Positions 1 to 9,421 of a DNA stretch of 45,908 nt are shown here, one piece after another. The notes beneath the pieces are model-generated. The model was not told where the DNA came from. It searched no databases and was given only the letters and a program-made list of their open reading frames with translations. The stretch lies in assembly GCA_013416795.1 (NCBI GenBank), contig RQSC01001001.1, positions 1 to 45,908 of the forward strand, given 5' to 3'. Source of the stretch: Prasinococcaceae sp. CCMP 1430 (lineage: Eukaryota; Plantae; Prasinodermophyta). Each line of letters starts with the position of its first letter. Within the stretch, counting starts at the first letter, position 1. Both the position numbers and the translations under genes were made by a program.

Positions 1-14
1 CCGTCCGCGCCCAT
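1..14 (-). CDS. Possible start of a gene running off the left edge (ATG GGC GCG GAC...)
   Basis: ATG at 14 on the minus strand in a gcgATGG context. Upstream on that strand are (CCCT)n/(GCT)n 5'UTR-like simple repeats and an AT-richer promoter-like stretch with telo-box motifs (about 180-370). Only 4 codons are visible. Confidence 0.3.
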
Positions 15-56
15 CGCGTGCGCGCACGCCAAGGGGCGCGGCGCGGCGCGGCGTAG

Positions 57-160
57 GAGGGAGGGAGGGAGGGAGGGAGGGAGGGAGGGAGGCGTCGTGG
101 CGCGCGCTCTGGCAGTTGCAGCGGCAGCAGCAGCAGCAGCGGCAGCGGCAGCGGCAGCGC
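57..160. repeat. (GGAG)n and (GCA/GCG)n simple repeats
   Basis: Directly visible tandem tetranucleotide and trinucleotide runs. Confidence 0.85.
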
Positions 161-359
161 GCTGCCGCTGCCCGCACCCTCCAAATCCACACATTCAGGA
201 TGACATTTCCGTAAAACATCGCCAACCGTAGCCCAAAAAGCACTCACAATTTCGCGCTTTTTTCGCGGCGAAAATGCGCGCGGCCGGCGCGCGGCTGTTG
301 CGCGCGGAACTTCGAACGGTTTAGGTTTGAGGGGGATTCGATGCCGACGCAGACAATTG

Positions 360-367
360 TTTAGGGT
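360..367 (-). promoter_or_regulatory. Telo-box-like motif (TTTAGGG = rc of CCCTAAA)
   Basis: TTTAGGGT at 360-367 and a degenerate TTTAGGTTT at 320-328 in an intergenic AT-richer stretch. Telo-boxes are established promoter elements in green plants. Confidence 0.45.
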
Positions 368-462
368 GAGAAGGTGGGAATCAGGGTTCGGAATGGAAGG
401 AGGGAGCAGAGCTCAAGAGGGGGGGACTATGAGCGGTGCTGCGCTGCTCGTGTCAGAGGGAC

Positions 463-475
463 GTGTGTGTGTGTG

Positions 476-506
<31 letters not shown>

Positions 507-545
507 TGTTGTGTGTAGTTGTGTGTGTGTGTAGTTGTGTGTGTG

Positions 546-614
<69 letters not shown>

Positions 615-634
615 TGTGTGTGTGTGTGCGTGTG
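463..634. repeat. Imperfect (GT)n microsatellite
   Basis: About 170 nt of GT dinucleotide repeat with a few interruptions. It explains the spurious VCVC/THTH ORFs. Confidence 0.97.
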
Positions 635-659
635 CGTCCACATCCGCCCTTCTCGCGAG

Positions 660-724
660 CTAGTCGTCCGCGTCGACCGCCAGCAGCGCCTCGGGCGAGA
701 GCTGGAGCAGCTTGAGCCAGCCGC
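660..724 (-). other. Orphan terminal-exon-like fragment (GGWLKLLQLSPEALLAVDADD*)
   Basis: cgcgcag acceptor at 726-725 followed by 21 codons with strongly GC3-biased, gene-like codon use and TAG at 662-660. No upstream exons could be confidently linked. Confidence 0.4.
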
Positions 725-838
725 CTGCGCGTGGCACGCGCGAGCGGCGCGTGTGGTGGTCAGAGCGCACGCACGCGCCAACGCGCGCGCAGCAGTACAC
801 GCGCGGGCGCGCACGCACACGTGCACAGACGCGCAATA

Positions 839-977
839 ACACACACACACACGCACACACACACAGACACACAGACACACAGACAACACACACACACACA
901 CACACACACATACACACACACAAACACACGCACACACACACACACACATACACACACACAGCCACACACACACGCAC

Positions 978-1009
<32 letters not shown>

Positions 1010-1113
1010 GTACGCACGCACACACACACGCACACACACACGTACGCACGCACACGCGCGCGTGCGCACCCACCTTCAGGGGCGTACACACACACACACA
1101 CATCACACACACA
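839..1113. repeat. Imperfect (CA)n microsatellite
   Basis: About 275 nt of CA repeat with interruptions, in inverted orientation to the 463-634 GT tract. Confidence 0.97.
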
Positions 1114-1588
1114 GGATGGCATCCCGAGCGTGCATACAGTGCCATATTCCGCGTCATGCCACTCAACACCAACGCATGACTCGCATGCGCGCACGCCATT
1201 TGACATGCACACGTACAGTCCCATCGTGGATGGTGCGCACGACGACCTTGACCTTGCATGCCCCTGCATGCCATCAGATTGGTATTGCTGTACAGTATGA
1301 ACACGCAGCAATTGGCGTCAGCGAATGTGTTTGGCGCTGCCGCGAACAATGGCACGCTCGGCGCCACAGCGCGGGTCCGCAGCGACGGGGGCGGGTGTTG
1401 CGGGCGCCTTCCCCACACAGATTGCCCTGCCACCTCGAGGTTTGCTGCCCGGGCCGGGGCGGCCGGGCGGCCCCTTAATATACCGAGCTCGTCGGCGCCG
1501 CCGCAGGCATGGCGCCGAAGCGCGGCGGCGGCGCCGCCGGCGCCGCGTCCGCACCTGCGAGGCGCTGCTGGCGCGCGAGCCCGCCACG

Positions 1589-3619
1589 ATGGCCGCGGCG
1601 CTGGCCACGGCGGCCACCGGCCCGCAGCGCGACGGCGTGGCGCTGTGGCAGGAGCGCCTCGACCCGAAGACCCTCAAGCCGCTCCCCGGCTCGTCGCCGC
1701 GCACGTGGACGTGGCGCGAGTACCACGAGGCCGCGCGCGCGTGCGCTCGCTCGCTGCTGGCCCTGGGCCTCGAGGAGTCCGAGTCGGTGGCCATCCTGGG
1801 CTTCAACTCCCCCGAGTGGGCCATCGCCGACCTCGGCGCCATCCTCGCGGGCGGCCTGGCGTGCGGCGTGTACACCACCAACGAGCCGGAGGCCGTGCGG
1901 TACATCGTGGGGCACGCGCGCGCGCGCGTGGCCGTCTGCGATGGCGCCAAGCAGCTGAAGAAGTTCCTGGACGTGCTCCTCAAGAAGGACGGCCGCGACG
2001 GGGAGGAGACCACGACGACCCTCGATGCGATCGTGTGCTACGACTCGACCGGAGGCGAGGCGCGCGCCAGGGAGGCGGTGGCGGACTTCAGCTTCGCGCT
2101 CGAGGAGGCCAACGGCAAGAGGGTTCCCCTGCCCAGCGTGTACACCTGGGACGAGTTCATGCAGGTGGGAGAGAGCGCGGACTCCGCGGAGGTCCCCGGG
2201 CTCGACGCGCTGCTCGAGCAGCGGCTGCGCGCGCTGAGGCCAGAGGCGTGCGCGACACTCATATACACGTCGGGCACCACCGGCCCGCCCAAGGGCGTGA
2301 TGATCTCGCACGACAACGCCCTGTGGACGTGCGAGTCGGGCTTGGCGCACCACCCCGAGCTGGCCGACGAGGGCATCCACTGCCGCATGGTGAGCTTTCT
2401 GCCGCTCAGCCACATCGCCGCCCAGGTCACGGACATCTTCTCGCCGGTGTTCTACGCCGCCAAGACGGGGCTGCCGTCATGCACGTACTTCGCGCGTCCC
2501 GACGCGCTCAAGGGCAGCCTCAGGGACACCATGCTGCTCGTCCGCCCCACGCTCTTTTTTGGGGTGCCGAGGGTGTGGACGAAGTTCGAAGAGGGCATGC
2601 GAAAGGTCGGCGCCAAGCTGCCCGCCCCGATCTCGTGGCTCTCCAGGTGGGCCAAGGCGGTGGGGGCGCGCGACTTTCAGGCGCGCTGCGACGGCGGCAA
2701 CCCGCGGCGCGGCTGCGCCTGGCTGATCGCCGACAGGCTGGTCTTCTCGCAGACGCGCAAGGCACTCGGGCTCGACCAGTGCCACGCGCTCGTGTCGGGC
2801 GCGGCGCCCGTGCCGGTCGACACGCTGCGCTACTTCGGCAGCATTGGCATGCACGTGCTGGAGGTGTACGGCATGAGCGAAAACACGGGCCCCGCGCTCT
2901 TCGGCCGCAACTACATGTACAAGCCGGGCTCGGTGGGCACGCCCATCCCCGCCACCGAGGTGCGCATCGACCACGTGCCTGGCCGCGACCCGCCCGGCGA
3001 GGGGGAGGTCCTCCTGCGCGGCCGTCACGTCATGCTGGGCTACCTGCGCGACGAGGCCAAGACGCGCCAGGCGATCGACGAGGAGGGCTATCTCCACACG
3101 GGCGACGTCGGGCGCGTTGACGCTGAGACGGGCGCGTACTACATCACGGGCCGCATCAAGGAGCTGCTCATCACGGAGGGCGGCGAGAACGTCGCGCCGG
3201 TGCCGATCGAGGCGGCGATCCGGGAGCAGCTCCCCGCGCTCTCCCAGGTGGTGGTGGTGGGCGACAGACGCAAGTACCTCACCTGCCTCGTCACCCTCCA
3301 GCAGCAGGGCTCGGAGCTCGAGGGCTTCAGCGACGAGCTCGTGGGAGAGAGCAGGCGCCTGGTTGAGGAAGTGAGCACGGGCAAGGACGCGGTGCGCAAC
3401 ACGTCGTGGGGGGACTACATCGCCGCTGGGATCCGGCGCTACAACACCTCCGATGCCGTCGTGTCCAACGCAGCGCGCGTGCAGAAGTTCGCGCTGCTTC
3501 CGCTCGACTTCTCCGTGCCCGGCGGGGAGCTCACTCCGACGCTCAAGCTCGTGCGCCCGACCATACTCAAGAAGTACAGCAACATCATCGACGCCATGTA
3601 CGAAGGCGCGCGCAAGTGA
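1589..3619 (+). CDS. ACSBG: Long-chain fatty acyl-CoA synthetase, bubblegum (ACSBG)-type, 676 aa, intronless
   Basis: AMP-binding motif YTSGTTGPPKGVMISHDN, SFLPLSHIAAQ, YGMSE, YLHTGDVG, ACSBG-like GRIKELLITEGGENVAPVPIE and C-terminal GGELTPTLKL. ATG 1589 is in a gccacgATGG context, with a TATA-like TTAATATA at about 1476-1483. Confidence 0.92.
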   Translation: MAAALATAATGPQRDGVALWQERLDPKTLKPLPGSSPRTWTWREYHEAARACARSLLALGLEESESVAILGFNSPEWAIADLGAILAGGLACGVYTTNEPEAVRYIVGHARARVAVCDGAKQLKKFLDVLLKKDGRDGEETTTTLDAIVCYDSTGGEARAREAVADFSFALEEANGKRVPLPSVYTWDEFMQVGESADSAEVPGLDALLEQRLRALRPEACATLIYTSGTTGPPKGVMISHDNALWTCESGLAHHPELADEGIHCRMVSFLPLSHIAAQVTDIFSPVFYAAKTGLPSCTYFARPDALKGSLRDTMLLVRPTLFFGVPRVWTKFEEGMRKVGAKLPAPISWLSRWAKAVGARDFQARCDGGNPRRGCAWLIADRLVFSQTRKALGLDQCHALVSGAAPVPVDTLRYFGSIGMHVLEVYGMSENTGPALFGRNYMYKPGSVGTPIPATEVRIDHVPGRDPPGEGEVLLRGRHVMLGYLRDEAKTRQAIDEEGYLHTGDVGRVDAETGAYYITGRIKELLITEGGENVAPVPIEAAIREQLPALSQVVVVGDRRKYLTCLVTLQQQGSELEGFSDELVGESRRLVEEVSTGKDAVRNTSWGDYIAAGIRRYNTSDAVVSNAARVQKFALLPLDFSVPGGELTPTLKLVRPTILKKYSNIIDAMYEGARK

Positions 3620-3900
3620 GCCTCGCGGGCGCGGCCGTGGCCCCCCACGCGCGCTGCGTCGCGGAGGGCACACCCAGTATACAAACGGGACCGGAATATA
3701 TGTTTCGCTCAGCTGCACGCTCGCGCGTAAGAGTGTGTGCGGCGTGCGGCCGCTGGCTGGGTCCGGACTCCGGATGCGCTCCTTTACATCTCAGTTGCAT
3801 CGTAGTTGCTTGAGCTTGGCCTCCATTCATGGCGCCCGTGGCGCCGGCCTATATGCGAGCGTGCGCGCAGGGCACGCTCGTACGCGCGCGGCGCCACCTA

Positions 3901-6018
3901 CTACGGGGTGCTGCCACCGTTGCCGTTGTTGGAAACGACGAGCGACGCAAGCGCAACGACGTCCTCGGTGGTGATCGAGCCGTCACCGGTCATGTCACCG
4001 GCAGACGTGATGCATGGCGACTCCACGATGCCGCTGATGACCGCGTTCTGCAGCACCGTGAGGTCGGCGACGTTCACGTTGCCGTCGTTGTTGACGTCGC
4101 CGGAGCCGTCTGCCGCGCACGCGTCCGCCTGGACCGCGGAGCAAATCTCGTCCGCCTGAGGACAGCAGTCGCCGACGATCGCGCACACGACGGCGTCGCA
4201 GCCGCAGCCGTTGGAGGTGTACGCGCCGCAGTCGGCAGCCTCGCACGCGGGCGGGTCGGCGGGGCACTCATTGACATCCGCCAGCGCCGGCGAGGTCTTG
4301 TACATGTCGCAGCTGGCAGGGTCGGTGGCGGTGTTGCACGAGCCGTCGCCGTCCCTCTCGGTGGCCGCGTCCCCGACCTTGTACATCGAGGTGGAGCCCG
4401 TGATGGCGTTGGCGACGATGAGCATGTCGGCGCAGATGGGCGAGACGGCGGCCGGCACGAAGACCATGCTCTCGGGACCCACGTCCAGCGAGTTCAACGT
4501 GAAGTTGTTCGCCTCGACCTGATCGGCGATGTTCGTGTCGCCGAAGTTCCGGCGGTTGATGAAGTCGTTGAAGACGGGCGCCGTCGGGTCGGTCATGTCG
4601 TACGTCATGATGCCGCTCACGCGCTCGAGGGCAATGAAGACGACGGTCTTGCCGCTGGAGAGCTTGCCGACGGTCGCGGCTTCGGGCTCGGGCCCCTTGT
4701 CGTCGGAGCGGTCGTCGAAGTTGTTCTCGTCGTCGTTGGAGTTGAAGAACTCCGAGTTCACCGAGGCGGTCTTCTCCTCGAAGGCCGACCCGCTGTCGTA
4801 CACGAGCTCGAGGCCGTCGGGGTTGGCCTGGAAGACGGAGAAGGAGCGGCTGCCGAACGCGGTGATGGTGGAGCACTCCAGGTTGCCGCTGTCGTCGAAC
4901 TCCGCAGGGTACGCGTTGGTCACTGCGAGGCGGCCGAGCTTCGCGTTGTCGCGGATCAGCGCGTCCGTCGGGCAGTTGGTGGTCAGATCGCCCAGCCTCA
5001 CCTCCTCGCTGAAATCGTCCTCGTCGCGCGAGCTTCCCTCGTTGGCCGTGATGATGTAGTCCACGCCGTTGAGCGAGAGGAACGCCACGCCGTCGGGCTG
5101 GTTCATGAGCGTCACGTTGACGCCGTCCCAGCTCCCAGCGATGTTGATGCCGCCGTCCTCGTCGGACGGGTCCATGACAGCGGTCGGGTACGCGAGCCCG
5201 TCGACGTAGGTGAAGGTGCGCGACGCCATGTCGAAGGCAGCGCCGGCGTTGTTGTCCTGCAGGACGATGTAGAGGGTCTGGCCGTCGTCGGAGAACGCGC
5301 TGCCCTCAGGCTCGAGGTCCGCGGACGGGTTGTTGGCGTTGGGTCCGAAGAGGCGCACGCCCCGGGCGAGGAGCTCCTCCGTGGTGAATCCGTCGAAGGT
5401 GTAGGTCTCGGCGGCGATCACGTTCACCGAGGCCACTGGCTCGGTGGTGATCTCCACGTCGACGATGGTCACGCCGCCCACGGGATCCTCGTTGTTCGGG
5501 TTGAAGTCGAAGGAACCTTCGTTGACGCACGCCACCGCGGTCTTGTTGCCGTTGATGCTGATGGCCTCCGGATGCGAGCCGGCGTCGGCCGAGGCGAGGA
5601 GGAGGCCCGTGATGGGGTCGATGAACGCGAGCTTGCCATCAGCCTGGACCGGGTCGGCCCGGACGGCGGCGACGATGACGCCATCGGCGGCGACGACGCC
5701 CTGCACGCTCTCGCCGGTGAAGCCGGGATCGGCCGCCTGAACGAGCGAGATGACGTCGATGGACCGGACCTTTTGCGGGTTGGTGGGATCGACGAGCGTG
5801 ATCACGTCCACGAGCCCGCTGTTCGCGTTCGTCACGTACGCGTTGCGCGTCGCGGTGTCGTACGCGACCTGCTCGGCGGCATCCTCGTCGTACACGCCGC
5901 TCTCGTAGGTGCCGATCCACTGCAGCTGCGTGAATTGCGCGGCGGCGACGCTGGCCGCCGCCGCGAGCGCCGCCGCGACGAGCATCGACGCGCTCGCCGC
6001 GCGCGAGCGCGCCGCCAT
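3901..6018 (-). CDS. Secreted choice-of-anchor I (alkaline-phosphatase-associated/msp130-like beta-propeller) protein with a somatomedin-B-like Cys module and a C-terminal type I dockerin-like domain, 705 aa
   Basis: Signal peptide MAARSRAASASMLVAAALAAAASVAAA|Q. Family motifs LEPEG, NQPDGVAF, ITANEG, FGSRSFSVF, FDDRSDDKGPEPE, FIALERVSGIM and DVGPES. Cys module CGAYTSNGCGCDAVVCAIVGDCC. Duplicated Ca-binding repeats GDVNNDGNVNVADL and GDMTGDGSITTEDV. Confidence 0.88.
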   Translation of the reverse strand: MAARSRAASASMLVAAALAAAASVAAAQFTQLQWIGTYESGVYDEDAAEQVAYDTATRNAYVTNANSGLVDVITLVDPTNPQKVRSIDVISLVQAADPGFTGESVQGVVAADGVIVAAVRADPVQADGKLAFIDPITGLLLASADAGSHPEAISINGNKTAVACVNEGSFDFNPNNEDPVGGVTIVDVEITTEPVASVNVIAAETYTFDGFTTEELLARGVRLFGPNANNPSADLEPEGSAFSDDGQTLYIVLQDNNAGAAFDMASRTFTYVDGLAYPTAVMDPSDEDGGINIAGSWDGVNVTLMNQPDGVAFLSLNGVDYIITANEGSSRDEDDFSEEVRLGDLTTNCPTDALIRDNAKLGRLAVTNAYPAEFDDSGNLECSTITAFGSRSFSVFQANPDGLELVYDSGSAFEEKTASVNSEFFNSNDDENNFDDRSDDKGPEPEAATVGKLSSGKTVVFIALERVSGIMTYDMTDPTAPVFNDFINRRNFGDTNIADQVEANNFTLNSLDVGPESMVFVPAAVSPICADMLIVANAITGSTSMYKVGDAATERDGDGSCNTATDPASCDMYKTSPALADVNECPADPPACEAADCGAYTSNGCGCDAVVCAIVGDCCPQADEICSAVQADACAADGSGDVNNDGNVNVADLTVLQNAVISGIVESPCITSAGDMTGDGSITTEDVVALASLVVSNNGNGGSTP

Positions 6019-6879
6019 CGCGATCGATCGACCCCGGGCGTACATTCGCCGCTCGCTCTGTGGCGCCGCCCCTGCGCGCGCCGCGCGTGCGCGCTCGATC
6101 CGGCAGCGGCATCGGATCCACGTGCACACTTTTCGTTGCCAGACGTGGCATTTGATGGCGCACGATCGCAGTGGCGGCCCCAAAAATCGGTTGCCGCGTG
6201 GCGCGAATGAGGGCATCTTTGAGCATCTGCCCGCATGCCGTGTGAACGCCCCCAGGCGCAGCAAGTGCCAGAAGACACGCTTCGTATCTGGCGCGAGCAG
6301 GAGCTTCCATCACAAGGCGCTACGATGTGATAGAGTACTCACGAGGTGCACCAACGTTGAAAGGGTGACAGGTAGAGTCTAACATGGCACCGCCAGGCGC
6401 TGGCTCCAGCTCATTGTCCGTGCTTCCGAGGGAGGACCACCCGAGCGCAGGGTGCTCCTCCGTCCTCGGAGTGCTCCGAGTAGGTGCGTCTCACGCGCTG
6501 TGCGGGGCCGCCCGTCCGTGCCGCCGGGCGTGGCCTCACCACGCGTGCCGAGCGTGGTCACCACGCTCGCCAAGCATCTGGGAGGGCTGAGGACCGCGCC
6601 GACCTCCTCGGCGAACCCTCGACGCCGGCGGTCGTGATTTGACCGGGTTCGGGTCAGACGTCAGGGTGTGTTGGAATGTGAATGTGCACGTGTTCAATGC
6701 ATCGCGTTGTAAAATGTCGGAAAAGATCACATGTAACCACGGGATACTCATGTAAGGCGTTCGGTAGCGCATCATCAAAACGAAAGCAAACGGGGGAAAG
6801 ACAAAGAAGGCGTTGCCGCTGGCAGGTGCCACAGCGTGCGCACGCGGCGAGGGGTGCGCCCCCCCCCCTTTGCTTCCCC

Positions 6880-6880
6880 N
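6880..6880. other. Single ambiguous base (possible collapsed gap)
   Basis: n at 6880 next to C homopolymers. Confidence 0.95.
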
Positions 6881-9220
6881 GAGCGCATGCCTGGTGGAGC
6901 CTCGCGCTCCCCCGCCCGGCGCGCCCGACCTCCCGTGGGAATTGCCCGCCGCGGTCGCCGTCGCGGCCGCCGCGCTCGAGGCGACCGAGGCTGACGCGGA
7001 CGCGGACGACGTGCGTACGGTGCGCGAGCGGTCGATCGTTGCGCTCGCGCGCTGCGTGACTGATGTTGCTTCCTCGGTGCGCGCGGACGCCGCGGACGCG
7101 CTGCGGCCGCGCCTCGGCGACGCTGCTGCGACGGTGCGCTCGGCAGCGCTGCGGGGACTGCGCGCCGCCGCGGAGGACGGTGTGGCACTCGAGGAGGTCG
7201 ACGGCGCCGTGGACTCGCTCGAGGCGGTCAACGGCCTCGCGGAGCTGCGCGCCCCCGTCCCCGACACCGCAGCGCGCGAGCTGCTCGCCGCGACGTTCGG
7301 CGCGGTGCTCTTCGCGCAGCAGCCGTACATGCCGCGCTCGGCGGAAACCTCGTGGGCGTCGCTGCGGCTCGTCGCTCGGCTCGCGCCGCCCGACGTGAGC
7401 ATGCATGCGCTGGCCGACTTGTGCCAGGCGGAGGGTGAGCGGGAGGAAGAGAGGGCGACGGCGCTCGAGCTCATCAACAAGGTGCTGGACGAGGTCGTGG
7501 AGGGCTCCAAGGCCCCGGACGCGCAGGCGGCGACGCCGGAGCGCTTCCAGGAGGCCAGCGCGCGCCTGCTCGACGCGCTCTCCTCGCCGATCGCGCTCAG
7601 CGCCGAGGTGCACGGGCCTCTCGTGCACGCGTGGGAGGAGCGCGCGGACGGCAAGCGCGCCGGGCCCGTCGAGGCGGCGGGCGGCCTCCCCGCGGAGGCG
7701 CTCGCGCGCCTAGCGCGGAGGTGCTTCGCGTGCGGCATGGTGGCAAGGCTGTCCATCCAGACCCAGGCGGCCCTGCGCGGCGAGGACGTGCGGCGCACAG
7801 CGAATCGCATGGTGCCCTACGTCGTCGAGGTGATACGCGCCGCGACGTCGTCGCGAGCTCTCGCGCGTGCGCGCCGGGCACCGCGGCGCTCGCTGGCTGA
7901 CTCGCTCCCTCTCTCGCGCGCGCTCGCGCGCGCGCAGGTGTACAGAGGGCTGCCGCCGTGGTCGAGCGTCGACGTGCGCACGAACGCCACGGCCACGCTG
8001 ACCCTGCTCGAGCAGGCGGTGGCCAAGCGCACGGCCGAGCGCGGAGAGAAACAGTCCGCGGAGCCCAAGGCCGAGCTGTGGGCGCCGGCCACGGCAAAGG
8101 AGGCCCACCACATCATTCGCCCGCAGCAGTCCGCCGGCACCGGTGCCGATGGCGGCTCGCGGGCCGTGGCGCCCGCGCTCGGCCAGGTGGTCGATGCCAT
8201 CGCCGCGGCGCAGCGCCTGATGTGGCTCGCGTGCAACATAGAGAGCTCGTCGCTGCCGTCCTCCATCCCGCTGCTGCTGCCGCCCACGCTGGCGGCGATC
8301 GACCACTGGTGCGTGTCCGTGAAGACGTGCGGCCTCAACGCGCTGTGCATGCTGGCGGAGAAGGACGAGCGCGCGGCGGTCGAGCTGCGCGCCCACTCGG
8401 CGCTCCTGCGCGACGCCGTGACGCACGCGCTGTGCGGCTGCCGCGAGGCAGCTTGGCCCGCGGCCACCATGGCGGCGATGAGCCTGAGCCTCGTCCTCGG
8501 CGAGGACGACCGAGCGTGGTACATGGCCATTCTCGAGGTGCGGGCGCGTGCGCGAGCGCGCCGGAATGGGACAGAGGGAGGTTGTGTGTGTGGGGGGGGG
8601 GGGGGGCTGCAGAGGCGGCGAGCGCCTCAATTGCGCACGAGCTCGTCAGGCTGACACCCTCGCCCGGCGCGCTCGCTTCGCCGCCGCACCCACGCGGTGC
8701 CGCACACGCGCGGCAGGCGTACGTCGCCGACGCGGAGATGCACCCGCACAATGTCGAGCGCAACCTCACCTGGCTGAAAACAGCCCCGTACATCCTCGAG
8801 GCGTGCGGCCTGCCACTCGTGAAGCTTCTCGGTCGCATCGTGCCGCTGCTCACGGGCTTCCTGCGGCAGTGCGCGGCGAGCGGTCGCGACAATGCAGGCG
8901 CCAGAAACGGAGTCGACGCAACCACCTACGCGATGGTTTCAAACGTCTCGCAGTGCGTGGAGGCCATGTGCAAATCCGCGTGGCCGCGCATGCACGCGCA
9001 CGCGCGCGCGCTGGATGAGGAGCTCCACGACTGCCAGCGGCTATTCTTGGAGCGCGAAGACGCGCCCACGCTGAGGCAAGACATGGCGACGGCGCGTGCC
9101 ATTGGCGGGGCGAGGCAGGCGCTGTCGGCGGTCATGGAAAGCGCGGCGCAGGCGGAGGCGAACGTCGCCGCGATGGGACGCAGCACGCTCGACGACGCGC
9201 GCGCGCGGGAGCGCGTGTGA
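6881..9220 (+). CDS. TTI2: TELO2-interacting protein 2 (Tti2)-like HEAT/ARM protein; 3 exons (about 6881-7829, 7938-8537, 8717-9220), start obscured by N at 6880
   Basis: Tti2-like segments LLLPPTLAAIDHWCVSVKTCGLNAL, ILEACGLPLVKLLGRIVPLL and CKSAWPRMHAH. GT..AG introns 7830-7937 and 8538-8716 join the two ORFs in frame. Confidence 0.7.
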
Positions 9221-9421
9221 GCAGGACGGTGCAGTCTACAGTACGTAGTGTAATAATGCGGCTGGCGCTTTCGCAGCGCGCGCCCGTGGTGCGACCAGTC
9301 TGTCAGTGGTGCCGTGCACGTGCGCCGTCCCCCGTTCGGGGCCCGAGCATTCCAATCCCCTGAGCGCCGATGAGCTCGCGCCCTGCACAAACCGGGGCCG
9401 TCTCCGCCGTCGGTTCCGGCC

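Noticed and set aside
327-1311. ORFs rich in VC/CV or TH/HT dipeptides
   Set aside because: They are translations of the (GT)n/(CA)n microsatellites.
3829-6210. Long antisense or alternate-frame ORFs (e.g. 3829-6210+, 1258-3120+, 14586-15944+, 14854-16383+, 12255-13592-, 6536-7810-)
   Set aside because: These are shadow ORFs caused by high GC3 in the real genes. They are Arg/Ala/Gly-rich with no domain motifs.
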